64,000 bases of DNA from an uncultured Ignavibacteria bacterium (GTDB lineage: Bacteria > Zixibacteria > MSB-5A5 > SM23-73-2): assembly GCA_964447175.1 (NCBI GenBank), contig CAYURP010000002.1, positions 937 through 64,936 of the forward strand, in the 5' to 3' direction. A model generated the notes under the pieces. That model worked only from the letters and a program-made list of their open reading frames with translations, did not search any database and had not been told where the DNA came from. Of this stretch, positions 7,880 through 17,980 are shown in pieces. The number at the start of each line of letters is the position of its first letter. The stretch's first letter is position 1. Made by a program: the position numbers and the translations under genes.

Positions 7880-10630
7880 TTGCAAATGAGAGCAATTTTT
7901 ACATACCTTAACATAGTCTTTCTTCTTCTGTTTTTTGCTATTGTAAATGAAAGGGGGAACCTGCAAGCTCAGGGGTGGGGAACTATCAAAGGCGAGGTTT
8001 CCAACTTTGAAAACGGTGAGCTGCTTTCCGGTGCCAACGTGCTGGTTCAAGGAACCAGGTATGCTACCTCAACAGATGAGAATGGGGTTTTCCTGATTAA
8101 ATTCGTTCCAGCTGGTAAATACACTCTGGAGGTCTCCTTAATAGGATACATTAAGGCACAACAAACGGACGTTGAAATTGAGAAAGACGAAACGGTCAAC
8201 CTTGTATTCCAGCTCAGGCCCACTGAAGTATTATTAAAGGAAAAAATCGAGGTAATTGGAAAGCGCCCCCTTATGGACATAAATGTTCCCGCCACCCGTA
8301 GGGACATAGGAAAAGAGGATCTCGAAAGGTTAATGGTCCATCGGATTGAGGATATTCTCAGCACACAAGCTGGTATTGTGGAGCAGGACCAACAAATCCA
8401 TATCCGGGGTTCCAGAACTTATGAGAGCCTTTATCTGATTGAAGGTATGGCTATAGAGGACCCTTTCTCCACCCGGGGGTTGGGGATTAATCTTTCACCT
8501 TCTGCCATTGAGGAGTTGAGCATCATCACTGGCGGGATTGAGGCTGAATATGGTCAGGTGACCTCAGGCGTAATAGACGTTAAAATAAGGGAGGGCGAGG
8601 ATAAATTGCACGGCTTGCTGACTTACAAAAGAGATCACTTTGGATGGAGCGCTCCCTATAACTTTAATACGGATATAGTTGATTTCAGCCTTTCCGGGCC
8701 CTTTTATAAACGTCTATACTTTTTCTGTAATGCCCAGACTTATCTCAGCGATACTTATTTTTCCTCAACTAACAAACTTTATTCATCCACTTTTGGGGGA
8801 AAGACTTTTGCCCCGCGAGAGGATAATCGTTTTTCCTTGATGGGGAAGCTCAGCTTAAGGTCTAATCCCCTGCGGACTTTGTCCTTCACCTTTGGCAAAT
8901 CAGTGGTGATAAACCAGGATAAAAGTATTTTAACCACCCGAATCAAAACTCCGATTTATAGTTATGGCTACCCCTACGAATATAAAAACATCCTAGAGAG
9001 CTATAACACCTTCACCCATGAGAGCGAGTTTCAGCTAATATCCTGGGAACAGAAAATCAGTTTGAACACATCCTATCAACTTAAACTTTCCCGTTTCTTT
9101 ACCAATCTTCATTCGGATGTGAATGGTAAGCACTGGTCAGAGTATACCATGCCGGAGGATTACCTGCCTCTGGAGATAAGCATAAGCCCGGATAGCACCC
9201 ATTACGTTGTTACTGCCGGGGACGGGTTTTACGATTGGGGGGATGGGGATACTTGGTATGATCATTTTATTGAAAGCTTTGCCTTAAAAGGGGATTTCTC
9301 CCATGTGTTCAGCGAATTCTATCAAATGAAAACGGGGATTTATCATCAATATCAGACAATTCAGCTTCTGGATATATACAAACCCTGGCTGGGTGAGACC
9401 GGCCTGGGCTTGAACTATGACCTGTACCGGGTTTTTGCCAGTGACGGTGCTTTTTTCTGGCAGAATGATTTCAATCTGGGAGATGCCTGGCTTAACCTGG
9501 GGATGAGGTATGATTACTGGTTCCCCGGAAAATATGTGGAAAGGGCGGTGGAGGATACGGATTTGACTTCAGAGGAGATTCGCAGGAAATTTAATCAGGA
9601 TACATTCGAATTTCTGGGATCAAAAGCCAAGGGAGTTCTCTCTCCCCGGGTAGGTTTTTCCACCTCTTTAGGAAAAAACCAGAGGTTTTTCTTTAACTAT
9701 TCCCAGCTTTCCAAAAAACCCAACCCTCAATATGTCTATGCCAAATTGTTTACCTCCACTGAGTCCACCTACCAGCTTTTCGGAAATCCTAATTTGAATC
9801 CGGAGAGGGTGATAACCTATGAGGTGGGTTTGAAATTTCTAATAACCTCACAGGACGCTTTAAGGATAGTGGGTTATTACAGGAACATCTATGATGCCAT
9901 AACAGCTGTGGGGGTGATACCTGAGGATGAGGGTGAAAATCCCTATCTGATGTATTTCAATCTGGATTTTGGTGCCTGCCGGGGAATTGAGCTCCAGTAC
10001 CTGAAAGAGGTGAGCAAAAAGCTCTTTTTGGGAGTGGAGCTTTCACTTTCCAAAGCCTCCGGTGAAAGGTCTTTACCCTCAGACGTTCTGATGGGCATCC
10101 CTGGTCGAGCCTATCAAGCCCTGTATCAGGAATATTATCTGGACTGGGATAAGCCCTGGCAAACCTCCTTTACTCTTAACTATTATGAGGATCTCAAAAG
10201 AAAGATTTTGGGGATAACTTTGCCTGCTAATTGGGAGTTTACCCTTCGGGGATGGGCTCAGGCTGGCAAAAGATACACACCCTTTGAGATGGTTGTTGAA
10301 GATACTGATACCTCTTTTGTTCAGGCGGGGATATTCAATGAGAAGATAGGCAAATATCTAAGCTCGGTGGATCTTAATTTCCAGAAGCATTTTCACTTCA
10401 GGTCATTTAAGTATAGCCTTTTCTGTGAGATAAACAACCTTTTCGATCGAAAAAATCCCACGGTTATAAATCCTTTGACCGGGGATGCATACCAGAAAGG
10501 GGATATCATACCCTATAGCATCGATAATCTGCTTTTGCCGGAATTTGGTTTAGACTTTCCTTTCTGGGAGGATCCAGCCAGGTATTCACCCCCCCGGAAC
10601 GTAAAATTGGGGATTGTATTAAGATGGTGA
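7880..10630 (+). CDS. TonB-dependent-receptor-like outer-membrane protein with N-terminal carboxypeptidase-regulatory-like (CarboxypepD_reg) domain
   Basis: 916 aa; signal peptide. GTIKGEV...GANVLVQG...TDENGVF...GKYTLEVSLIGY is the CarboxypepD_reg signature, followed by a plug-like region and a long beta-barrel ending in ...KLGIVLRW (aromatic C-terminus). Confidence 0.75.
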   Translation: MQMRAIFTYLNIVFLLLFFAIVNERGNLQAQGWGTIKGEVSNFENGELLSGANVLVQGTRYATSTDENGVFLIKFVPAGKYTLEVSLIGYIKAQQTDVEIEKDETVNLVFQLRPTEVLLKEKIEVIGKRPLMDINVPATRRDIGKEDLERLMVHRIEDILSTQAGIVEQDQQIHIRGSRTYESLYLIEGMAIEDPFSTRGLGINLSPSAIEELSIITGGIEAEYGQVTSGVIDVKIREGEDKLHGLLTYKRDHFGWSAPYNFNTDIVDFSLSGPFYKRLYFFCNAQTYLSDTYFSSTNKLYSSTFGGKTFAPREDNRFSLMGKLSLRSNPLRTLSFTFGKSVVINQDKSILTTRIKTPIYSYGYPYEYKNILESYNTFTHESEFQLISWEQKISLNTSYQLKLSRFFTNLHSDVNGKHWSEYTMPEDYLPLEISISPDSTHYVVTAGDGFYDWGDGDTWYDHFIESFALKGDFSHVFSEFYQMKTGIYHQYQTIQLLDIYKPWLGETGLGLNYDLYRVFASDGAFFWQNDFNLGDAWLNLGMRYDYWFPGKYVERAVEDTDLTSEEIRRKFNQDTFEFLGSKAKGVLSPRVGFSTSLGKNQRFFFNYSQLSKKPNPQYVYAKLFTSTESTYQLFGNPNLNPERVITYEVGLKFLITSQDALRIVGYYRNIYDAITAVGVIPEDEGENPYLMYFNLDFGACRGIELQYLKEVSKKLFLGVELSLSKASGERSLPSDVLMGIPGRAYQALYQEYYLDWDKPWQTSFTLNYYEDLKRKILGITLPANWEFTLRGWAQAGKRYTPFEMVVEDTDTSFVQAGIFNEKIGKYLSSVDLNFQKHFHFRSFKYSLFCEINNLFDRKNPTVINPLTGDAYQKGDIIPYSIDNLLLPEFGLDFPFWEDPARYSPPRNVKLGIVLRW

Positions 10631-11790
10631 TGAAGGGACTTCTAAAATTTATAGTTTTATTCGGATTGATAATTCTTTCCGTTCAATGTGGAAAGAAAAT
10701 AAAGCTCCCCACTTCCCTGCCCTATTCTCAGGATAAAACCCTGGATACCACCTACGTTCAGATAGGGCCGGTTTGGGAGGAAGCTGGAGGGGTGTCCTTT
10801 AATAAACCCGAGGATGTGCATATCGGATATGATACTTATATTTACATCGCGGATAGCGAAAACGACCGCATTGTTAAGATGGACCGCAGGGGGAAATTCG
10901 TGGATTCCTATCCGGTTCCCCATCCCATATCCATAACCCAGGATCCTTTGTTGAGATTGGCAGCAGTATCCGGGGATGATATAATCTATCTCAAGGATAT
11001 TTTCGAGGCAGAGCCATTTCATGAGGTTTTTGCTTTTGATCAGTGGATGGATACTTTAATATTTGAAGTGGATTCAGTATTTGTAATAGATTCCACTTAT
11101 TATCCGGACTCGCTGGACACTATACTCGTTGGAGTGGATACCCTGGAGGTTCTGGTTGATACGGTCAGCGTATCCCTAAAGGCTATTGCTGCCACTCCCA
11201 TACCGGATGAGCAATATAACTTTTTTACCTGCGACCAAACCTGGCACACTTATACCGGAATTGGAGGAGAAAAACACCAGAGAGATGAGATCTCAATGTT
11301 TGTTCCTAAATTTGAGGACACAGTTCTGGTTTTTCAATATGTTGATATCGCAGTACCAAGGGGTGGGGACTTAGGGAAAACCATAAGCCCAACCGGGATT
11401 TTCACCTATCCCTATAAGAACCACTTTCGGATAGCCTTCTGTCAAGGGTATCCGACTAACAGTGCTCAAATACTAAATGGTGAAAACTTCTATCCGGTGA
11501 TTCCCAGAACGGATTTCACCGAAATATATTTTCCGGGGATGTTTGGAGTAGCTGAGGATATCACCGTGGACGAATTTGGTAATATCTACGTGGTGGATGC
11601 TTCCCGACACTCGGTTTTAAAGTTCAACCCCAAGGGGAGACTTCTTCTAAAATTTGGCTCCCTTGGTTCAGGAAACAAAGAATTCAACAGACCCAAAGGA
11701 ATAGCATACTATAACCAGACCTTATATGTGGCAGATACTGAAAACAACCGCATTCTGAGATTCCAGTTATCCACCGACGTAAGGAAATAA
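10624..11790 (+). CDS. NHL-repeat beta-propeller protein, probable lipoprotein or secreted
   Basis: 388 aa; signal peptide ending LSVQCG. NHL-type repeats ADSENDRIVKMD and ADTENNRILRF. A 7-nt overlap with the upstream OMP gene suggests an operon. Confidence 0.55.
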   Translation: MVMKGLLKFIVLFGLIILSVQCGKKIKLPTSLPYSQDKTLDTTYVQIGPVWEEAGGVSFNKPEDVHIGYDTYIYIADSENDRIVKMDRRGKFVDSYPVPHPISITQDPLLRLAAVSGDDIIYLKDIFEAEPFHEVFAFDQWMDTLIFEVDSVFVIDSTYYPDSLDTILVGVDTLEVLVDTVSVSLKAIAATPIPDEQYNFFTCDQTWHTYTGIGGEKHQRDEISMFVPKFEDTVLVFQYVDIAVPRGGDLGKTISPTGIFTYPYKNHFRIAFCQGYPTNSAQILNGENFYPVIPRTDFTEIYFPGMFGVAEDITVDEFGNIYVVDASRHSVLKFNPKGRLLLKFGSLGSGNKEFNRPKGIAYYNQTLYVADTENNRILRFQLSTDVRK

Positions 11791-11958
11791 TCCCAAGTCA
11801 AAGCTTAAAAAATATCCATAAAAACAAAATGGACTTCATTCTGTTTGAACTTTAATCTTTATAGAATATACCGAAACAGTTAAAGGAATTTGTTCGATTG
11901 GAAATTCTGGAAAAATCACTTGTTATTGATTAAAATGTAATTTATATTAAAAAGGAAT

Positions 11959-12043
11959 TGCCGAAGTGGTGGAACTGGGAGACACGCTACGTTCAGGGCG
12001 TAGTGCTCGTAAGGGCATGGGGGTTCAAATCCCCCCTTCGGCA
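11959..12043 (+). tRNA. tRNA-Leu (anticodon CAG), class II with long variable arm
   Basis: Acceptor GCCGAAG/CTTCGGC+A. The D-arm GTGGTGGAACTGGGAGACAC resembles E. coli tRNA-Leu. Anticodon loop tt-CAG-gg. T-arm GGGGGTTCAAATCCCCC. Length 85 nt. Confidence 0.9.
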
Positions 12044-12366
12044 TTTTTAACATAAAAGAGGAAGGAGTTATTCTAATAAGCCATTCCAGAAGAATTCTTT
12101 TAATTTCTTGTAAATTGCGAATTACATTAGGATTAAGTATCAGTTGACAAATAGGCAGTTTTTTGACAGATCTCCCCAATTAGAGTGAATCTTTGAGATA
12201 AAAGAGGAAGTGGTATCTTACCATTTTAGACTTGACTTTTGGGGAAAAATACGTAATTTATAGTAGAAGTAGGGGAATAAGTCTGAAGATGAACATTTAT
12301 ACCATAAGGAAAATGTTTTTTAGTTTTTAACTTAAATTTTGATATTCAGAGAGGAGGAGAGAGGAG

Positions 12367-13788
12367 ATGAAAAGCAAGACTATCATCACGATGGCGATAT
12401 CCTTGATTTTATTTGCTTTTTTAGCAACAACCTGGGCCGGAACGGATCAGGATCTGCAAGAGATAAGAAAAGCAATTAAGGAGAAAGGGGCAAAATGGGA
12501 GGCAGGCGATAACTGGGTTTTTCGTCTTTCCAAAGAGGAGAGGAAAAATCTAATGGGGGACCTCCCGGTAAAATATCTTCCCGCAAAGATCCCACAACCT
12601 TTATCTGGACTTTCGTTGCCCGACAGTTTTGACTGGCGAAGCTACAATGGATACAACTGGACCACCTCCATCAAGAATCAACTAACTTGTGGGAATTGCT
12701 GGGCTCATGCCTCCTGCGGTGCATTAGAGACGGTGGTTAAAATCACTTTAAATGAACCCAATCTATCAAATACATCCATCGACCTCTCAGAGTTGTATAT
12801 GACTTCTTGCAGTGGCAGGGGATGTGAACTGGGCTGGGATCAATCCAGCAGCCTTCAGTTTATAAAGGTTAATGGTGTCCCGGATCAAGTATGCTTCCCG
12901 GGTAATCTCCCTCCAGCTCCCTGTGGAGATACCTGTTCTAATAAATACAATAGATCTATATTCATAGAGGATTGGTATTATTATGGATCTGGGGTGTCTG
13001 TGGATTCAAATGATGTTAATGCCATAAAGGATAGGATATATAATCATGGTCCGGTTACGGTTCATTTTCTCGTTTACGAAGATTTTGGCGGTTATCAATC
13101 GGGGGTTTACGAGCACACTTGGGGTGATCCTGAAGACTGGCATGCGGTGAGCATGGTGGGATGGAATGATGTGGATAGCTGCTGGATCTGTAAAAATAGC
13201 TGGGGGCCAGATTGGGGTGATGACGGCTGGTTCAGGATAAGAATGATTCATGCTGGAGTTCATATAGAAGAGGAATGCTGGTATATGACGGTGGATTCCG
13301 CCTCCATCCCTCGGATTACAGTTACCTCACCTGTTGACGGAGATAAGTGGATGATGGGAACCCAGCATGACATCAAATGGATATCACCTTATTTTAGTGG
13401 ATATGTTAGAATCGATTATTCCACCAATGGCGGTTCGGACTGGGATAATATTACTGAGAGCACCTTAGACGATGGCAGCTTCAACTGGGTCAATATCCCG
13501 GACATCCCTTCGAGTAACTGTAAGCTTAAGATCTCCGATGCCAGCGATGGGATTCCCTGGGTCTTAAGTCGGGGAGCATTTTTTATCGTAACTTTGGGAG
13601 ATGTAAATGCTGATGGGGGTGTGGGCATAGCAGATGTGGTATATTTGGTGAACTATGTCTTGCGTAGCGGACCTGAGCCTTATATTATGGAAACCGGCGA
13701 TGTAAACTGCGACTGGTTAGTGAATATGAATGATATAGTCTTTCTGGTCAACTATATTTTAAGAAGTGGTCCTAAGCCGGAATGTTAA
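12367..13788 (+). CDS. papain-family (C1) cysteine protease with C-terminal dockerin module
   Basis: 473 aa; signal peptide; strong RBS ggaggag. Active-site Cys motif QLTCGNCWAHASCGALE, His region HAVSMVGWND and Asn/Trp region NSWGPDWGDDGWFRI. The C-terminus has two dockerin repeats, GDVNADGGVGIADVVYLVNYVL and GDVNCDWLVNMNDIVFLVNYIL. Confidence 0.85.
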   Translation: MKSKTIITMAISLILFAFLATTWAGTDQDLQEIRKAIKEKGAKWEAGDNWVFRLSKEERKNLMGDLPVKYLPAKIPQPLSGLSLPDSFDWRSYNGYNWTTSIKNQLTCGNCWAHASCGALETVVKITLNEPNLSNTSIDLSELYMTSCSGRGCELGWDQSSSLQFIKVNGVPDQVCFPGNLPPAPCGDTCSNKYNRSIFIEDWYYYGSGVSVDSNDVNAIKDRIYNHGPVTVHFLVYEDFGGYQSGVYEHTWGDPEDWHAVSMVGWNDVDSCWICKNSWGPDWGDDGWFRIRMIHAGVHIEEECWYMTVDSASIPRITVTSPVDGDKWMMGTQHDIKWISPYFSGYVRIDYSTNGGSDWDNITESTLDDGSFNWVNIPDIPSSNCKLKISDASDGIPWVLSRGAFFIVTLGDVNADGGVGIADVVYLVNYVLRSGPEPYIMETGDVNCDWLVNMNDIVFLVNYILRSGPKPEC

Positions 13789-13859
13789 CATAGAAAAGAG
13801 GTCTGATTTTCTCTTTTGGGATAGTGGTTAATTGCAGGTTCTGAGGTGGGTTTATCTTT

Positions 13860-14243
13860 TTATATGCTTACTTTTTCTTCTTTGCTCGCTTTTAATTCCT
13901 GGGTTTTCTTTAGAATTTCCCGGATCTCTTTTAGCTCAAAGGGTTTATGAATACAGGTAATAGCTCCCTCCTCCTGAGCTAATTCACTTAAAAGGTCGGG
14001 GAAACTATCCATCATAACTATAGTTATGTTCTTATCGAGGGTTCTTATCTTTTTTATCATTTCTAAGCCGTTTAATACAGGCATGTGTATATCAGAGAGG
14101 ATAAGGTCGAAGTTTGAATCTTTCACTTTATCCACAGCTTCCTTGCCGTTCTCTACTGCCACCACCTGATGCTGGTCGTCTTTGAGCACATCTGTTAGGA
14201 GATGTCTTATTATGGCTTCATCATCCACTACCAGAATTTTCAT
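13860..14243 (-). CDS. stand-alone response-regulator receiver (CheY-like)
   Basis: 127 aa. MKILVVDDE...D (phospho-acceptor region LILSDIHMP)...K. No output domain. Its start overlaps the stop of the upstream RR gene. Confidence 0.8.
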   Translation of the reverse strand: MKILVVDDEAIIRHLLTDVLKDDQHQVVAVENGKEAVDKVKDSNFDLILSDIHMPVLNGLEMIKKIRTLDKNITIVMMDSFPDLLSELAQEEGAITCIHKPFELKEIREILKKTQELKASKEEKVSI

Positions 14244-14641
14244 TATCCCAGCTTCCCCCTTACTAATTTGTTAACCAGAGCTCTAATTTGGTTTATCTGA
14301 AAGGGTTTGGCAATGTAATATGCAGCTCCCAATCTCTGACACTTTTGTTTGATCTGAGGGGTGGCGTATCCGGTTATGATTATCACTTCGGTTTTGGGAT
14401 TAACTTCTTTAGCCTTTCTCAAAACCTCAGTTCCATCCACCCCGGGCATTCGAATATCAGTGATTATGAGTTGGTACTTGTTTTGGGAGATTTTCTCCAA
14501 AGCCTCCTCTCCGTTGGCAGCTAAATCCAAATCATAACCCTCGTCCACAAAGACATCCAGAAGGAAACTCCTCATTATCTCCTCGTCATCTACGATGAGG
14601 ATCTTTTCCTCCTGCGTTAGTTTCTTCTTTTCCGGATTCAA
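14243..14641 (-). CDS. stand-alone response-regulator receiver (CheY-like)
   Basis: 132 aa. ILIVDDEEIMR...LIITDIRMPGVDG...IIITGYA. No output domain. Confidence 0.8.
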   Translation of the reverse strand: MNPEKKKLTQEEKILIVDDEEIMRSFLLDVFVDEGYDLDLAANGEEALEKISQNKYQLIITDIRMPGVDGTEVLRKAKEVNPKTEVIIITGYATPQIKQKCQRLGAAYYIAKPFQINQIRALVNKLVRGKLG

Positions 14642-14670
14642 TTTATCCCCTTTATGATCCTACTGTTTTC

Positions 14671-16347
14671 TTATCTCCCTTTTTCAAAAACTGGCAACTC
14701 CTTGCTTTTATCAGACATTTTCTTGTGCTTTTGTGTTTCCGCCACAGGTATCACTACTCTAAAGGTGGTTCCTTTTCCCATTTCACTTTCCACCAGAATC
14801 TCTCCATTATGATCCCGGATGATCCCATAGCTTACCGAAAGTCCCAATCCTGTTCCCTCACCTGGTTTTTTAGTGGTGTAGAAGGGTTCAAATATTTTAC
14901 TGAGATTCTCCTGATTTATGCCGTAGCCGGTATCTGTGAATTCAATCTGGGTAAGCCTCTGGGAATCAAATTCCTTGACGCTGGTAGCTATTCTCAATAC
15001 TCCACCCTGGGGCATTGCGTGTAAGGCATTCAGGATAATATTGGTACAAACCTGCTGCAGTTGGTTGCTGCTACCCATAATGTGTGGAAGCGAATCAGCT
15101 AATTCTAGCACCAGTTTCACCTTGGCCATATCCAGTTGATGTCGGGTGAAGACCAAGGTGTCTTGCAATACTGTATTTAAATCTAAGGGTTCAAAGGAAT
15201 CTTCCACCGAGGCTCGGGCGAACTTCAAAAGATTCTGAACAATGGTCTTGCAGCGCTGAGATTGGCACTCTATATCCCTTAGATATTGGGTATAGGTGGA
15301 GACATCATCAGAGGTCAGATCCTGGGGGGTCTTCGAGCTTATTTTCTCAATAGCGAACTGGGAGTAGCCTAAGATACCGCCCAGAGGATTGTTCAATTCG
15401 TGGGCTACCCCGGCAGCCAACTGTCCCACTGCAGCCATCTTCTCGGTCTGAACCAGTAGAGACTGTGCCTCCTTGAGCTCTTTAGTTCTCTCCTCCACTT
15501 TTCTCTCCAGATTTCGGCTGTAGTCCTCAATCTGTTTTCTGGACTCCAAAAGTGAGGTGGTCATCTGATTGAAAGCTTGAGCCAGTTTTCCGATCTCGTC
15601 TTTCCGATCCACCTCTACCATCTGGGATAGATCGCCTTTGGCGATTCTTTCAGTTGCCCTAACAAGTTTATCCACCGGTTTTACGATCAGGTTTACCAGA
15701 GCGAAAGTCAGTAAAATAGCTATAGCTACCACCAGGGCTGTCAGGAGCACAACAATGTTTTTCATCCGGCTTATCTCATTTCTCATTGTATTCAAGGACA
15801 GACCTATTCTTGCCACCCCGATTTTTTTCTCCAAACGTTTAAGATCCATATCCTTATCAAAAATGACTCCCAGTTCTTCCTTAGGCATTTCGACTTTGGT
15901 TGTTTTTATAGAATAAGCTAAATCATAAAATCCAAACCTGCCTTCATGGGTAAAATGATACTCCCCGAAAAAACCTTCCCCATTCAGGGCTAATGTGATT
16001 ATTCCTGAATCCAGATCTTTCTCTCTATGAAACTTTCTCTGATCCATTTGAGCTAGTACCTTTCCCTCTCTGTCAAATATTTGAGTATAGATCACATCCT
16101 CCTCTCGGATCAATCCTTCGATCAGGGTAGCTAAAAGCTTTTCATTTTCAATTAACACGCCATATTCACTATTATAGGCTAAGTTCTTGACCAGAGATCT
16201 CCCTCGTTTCTCCAGTTCGCTCTGGATCAGGTCGCTTTGTTTTTGGATCAGAAACCCGCTCAAGACTATGGAGGTAAAGAGTATCAAAAAAGAGATGATC
16301 AGCACAAACTTGATTTTAAGTCCTAATTGAAGATTTGGTATTTTCAT
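14671..16347 (-). CDS. membrane sensor histidine kinase (periplasmic sensor domain, HAMP, HisKA, HATPase_c)
   Basis: 558 aa with two TM segments flanking a ~150-aa periplasmic region. H-box AAGVAHELNNPLGGI. N/G boxes IILNALHAM, DTGYGI, GTGLGLSVS. Confidence 0.85.
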   Translation of the reverse strand: MKIPNLQLGLKIKFVLIISFLILFTSIVLSGFLIQKQSDLIQSELEKRGRSLVKNLAYNSEYGVLIENEKLLATLIEGLIREEDVIYTQIFDREGKVLAQMDQRKFHREKDLDSGIITLALNGEGFFGEYHFTHEGRFGFYDLAYSIKTTKVEMPKEELGVIFDKDMDLKRLEKKIGVARIGLSLNTMRNEISRMKNIVVLLTALVVAIAILLTFALVNLIVKPVDKLVRATERIAKGDLSQMVEVDRKDEIGKLAQAFNQMTTSLLESRKQIEDYSRNLERKVEERTKELKEAQSLLVQTEKMAAVGQLAAGVAHELNNPLGGILGYSQFAIEKISSKTPQDLTSDDVSTYTQYLRDIECQSQRCKTIVQNLLKFARASVEDSFEPLDLNTVLQDTLVFTRHQLDMAKVKLVLELADSLPHIMGSSNQLQQVCTNIILNALHAMPQGGVLRIATSVKEFDSQRLTQIEFTDTGYGINQENLSKIFEPFYTTKKPGEGTGLGLSVSYGIIRDHNGEILVESEMGKGTTFRVVIPVAETQKHKKMSDKSKELPVFEKGR

Positions 16348-17378
16348 CTGTAAACCTCCTTGGCCACCTCTATGAGATCCGCGGGAATTTTTAAATTTAT
16401 CTGTTGCGCCGTGTTATAATTAAGGTAAAGGTAAATCACCCGGGGCACAGAAACCGGAATATACCTGGGCTCTCTGCCGGAAATAATCTCCAAAGCCATC
16501 TCTCCTGCCTGTTTTCCTACATCCTTGTAATCTGGAACTAAGGTGAAAAGCGCTCCCGCCTGCACGAATGAGGGTGTTAGCCCCATTAAGGGTAATCCAT
16601 TTCTCAAAGTGAAAAGCAGAATGAATTGAGTGGATTGGGGAGTAAAGATTAAAGGGTCAGCAACAGCCCAGATACCGTCCACCTCATTTTTCAGTTTTTC
16701 CAAAGTTGATGGTATCTCCTTCTCCGATTGAATAAGCCGGGCTATTAACTCTATCCCCAGATTCTTTGAAACCGATTGGGCTTCCTTAATAAGGGATTCT
16801 GTCTCTGAAGTATACACTACCCCCACGCTTTTCAGATGGGGAACGATAAGTTTAAACTTCTCCAGTTGAATCTTCAAAGGTACATCCAGGGAGGCCCCAG
16901 TTAAATTCCCCTCAGGAGAATTCATATCGGAGACAAAACCACTAACCACCGGATTAAGAACGGCGGAGAAGATTATGGGTGTATCCTTAATATATTTTGA
17001 GACCAACTCTGTTGACTTAGAGCCGATAGTCAGGATCAAATCTGGTTTTTTGGCTTTGATTTCCCCTAAGATTTTGTCTTTCCCCTGGGGATCCTCAGGT
17101 ATGGTGTATTCGATGAAATCAGCCGCCTCTCCACTCTGATTAATTATCTGTTTGAATCCCTTGATGGCCCTGAGATAGGATGTGAAGTCCTCTGTTTTCG
17201 CTATGATAATTTGCTTAGATTTGGCAGGTGATTCTGGAGCGAAAAGAAAGATAAAAAAAATAATAAACAGAATCAAATGCTTAACCGTCCTGGGGGATTT
17301 CTTGAATGTGCTCGAAATTTTTCTAATCCCGGTGGTATAACTTTTTCTCATCACTTGTTTAACTATTCTGGGCTTCAT
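16344..17378 (-). CDS. periplasmic substrate-binding protein of the ABC_sub_bind (PF04392-like) type, sensor-kinase accessory
   Basis: 344 aa; signal/TM then a periplasmic-binding-protein fold (TIGSKSTELV...GVVYTSE). A 4-nt overlap with the HK gene suggests translational coupling. The family assignment is from memory. Confidence 0.5.
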   Translation of the reverse strand: MKPRIVKQVMRKSYTTGIRKISSTFKKSPRTVKHLILFIIFFIFLFAPESPAKSKQIIIAKTEDFTSYLRAIKGFKQIINQSGEAADFIEYTIPEDPQGKDKILGEIKAKKPDLILTIGSKSTELVSKYIKDTPIIFSAVLNPVVSGFVSDMNSPEGNLTGASLDVPLKIQLEKFKLIVPHLKSVGVVYTSETESLIKEAQSVSKNLGIELIARLIQSEKEIPSTLEKLKNEVDGIWAVADPLIFTPQSTQFILLFTLRNGLPLMGLTPSFVQAGALFTLVPDYKDVGKQAGEMALEIISGREPRYIPVSVPRVIYLYLNYNTAQQINLKIPADLIEVAKEVYR

Positions 17379-17980
17379 CCCACTGGACCTAAGAATTCCA
17401 TATATCTGCTTAACTATTTCTTATAATCCTGAAAAGAAGAGGATAAAGCACCTACCTCCATACAAAAAAAAATATTTCTGTATATCTCTGTGCCTGTTCA
17501 TCCAAGGAATTCAATTCTTTTTTTAAATCGGCTTGTTTTTCGAAATCTTGACAATGTGGTGTGAAATGGCTGAAATTTTAAAAATATTCTACACCGTTAA
17601 TTAAAAACTAAAATCATTTCTATACCTGTCGATAAGAACTTAGACGATAATAACTATTACCGGAAGAATTCTGACTGAAAAATGAGGTGTCACGAAATCC
17701 AAGATATGCCAAAGCCATAATTTGACTGATATCTCCTTGGTTTCTGGAGCAAGATTTTTTTATGGATCCATTGATTTTAAAACTAAAGTTATTCGGGGAG
17801 GAGTCGATTTTAAGAAAAGATTCACTCTTAACTTTTTTAAAGTGTTATGGTATGTTTTGATAGGCTAAGGAAAATCTTAAGGTAAATTCAATACAAAATT
17901 AGAACTTTAAGCTTAAAACCCAGATGAGTGAACTCAACCATAAACCCAAGAGAGATAACCTTAAATAAGGAGGGTGAAAA

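Noticed and set aside
11916-12179. 87-aa minus-strand ORF
   Set aside because: It overlaps the well-formed tRNA-Leu(CAG) at 11959-12043 on the opposite strand, so it is spurious.
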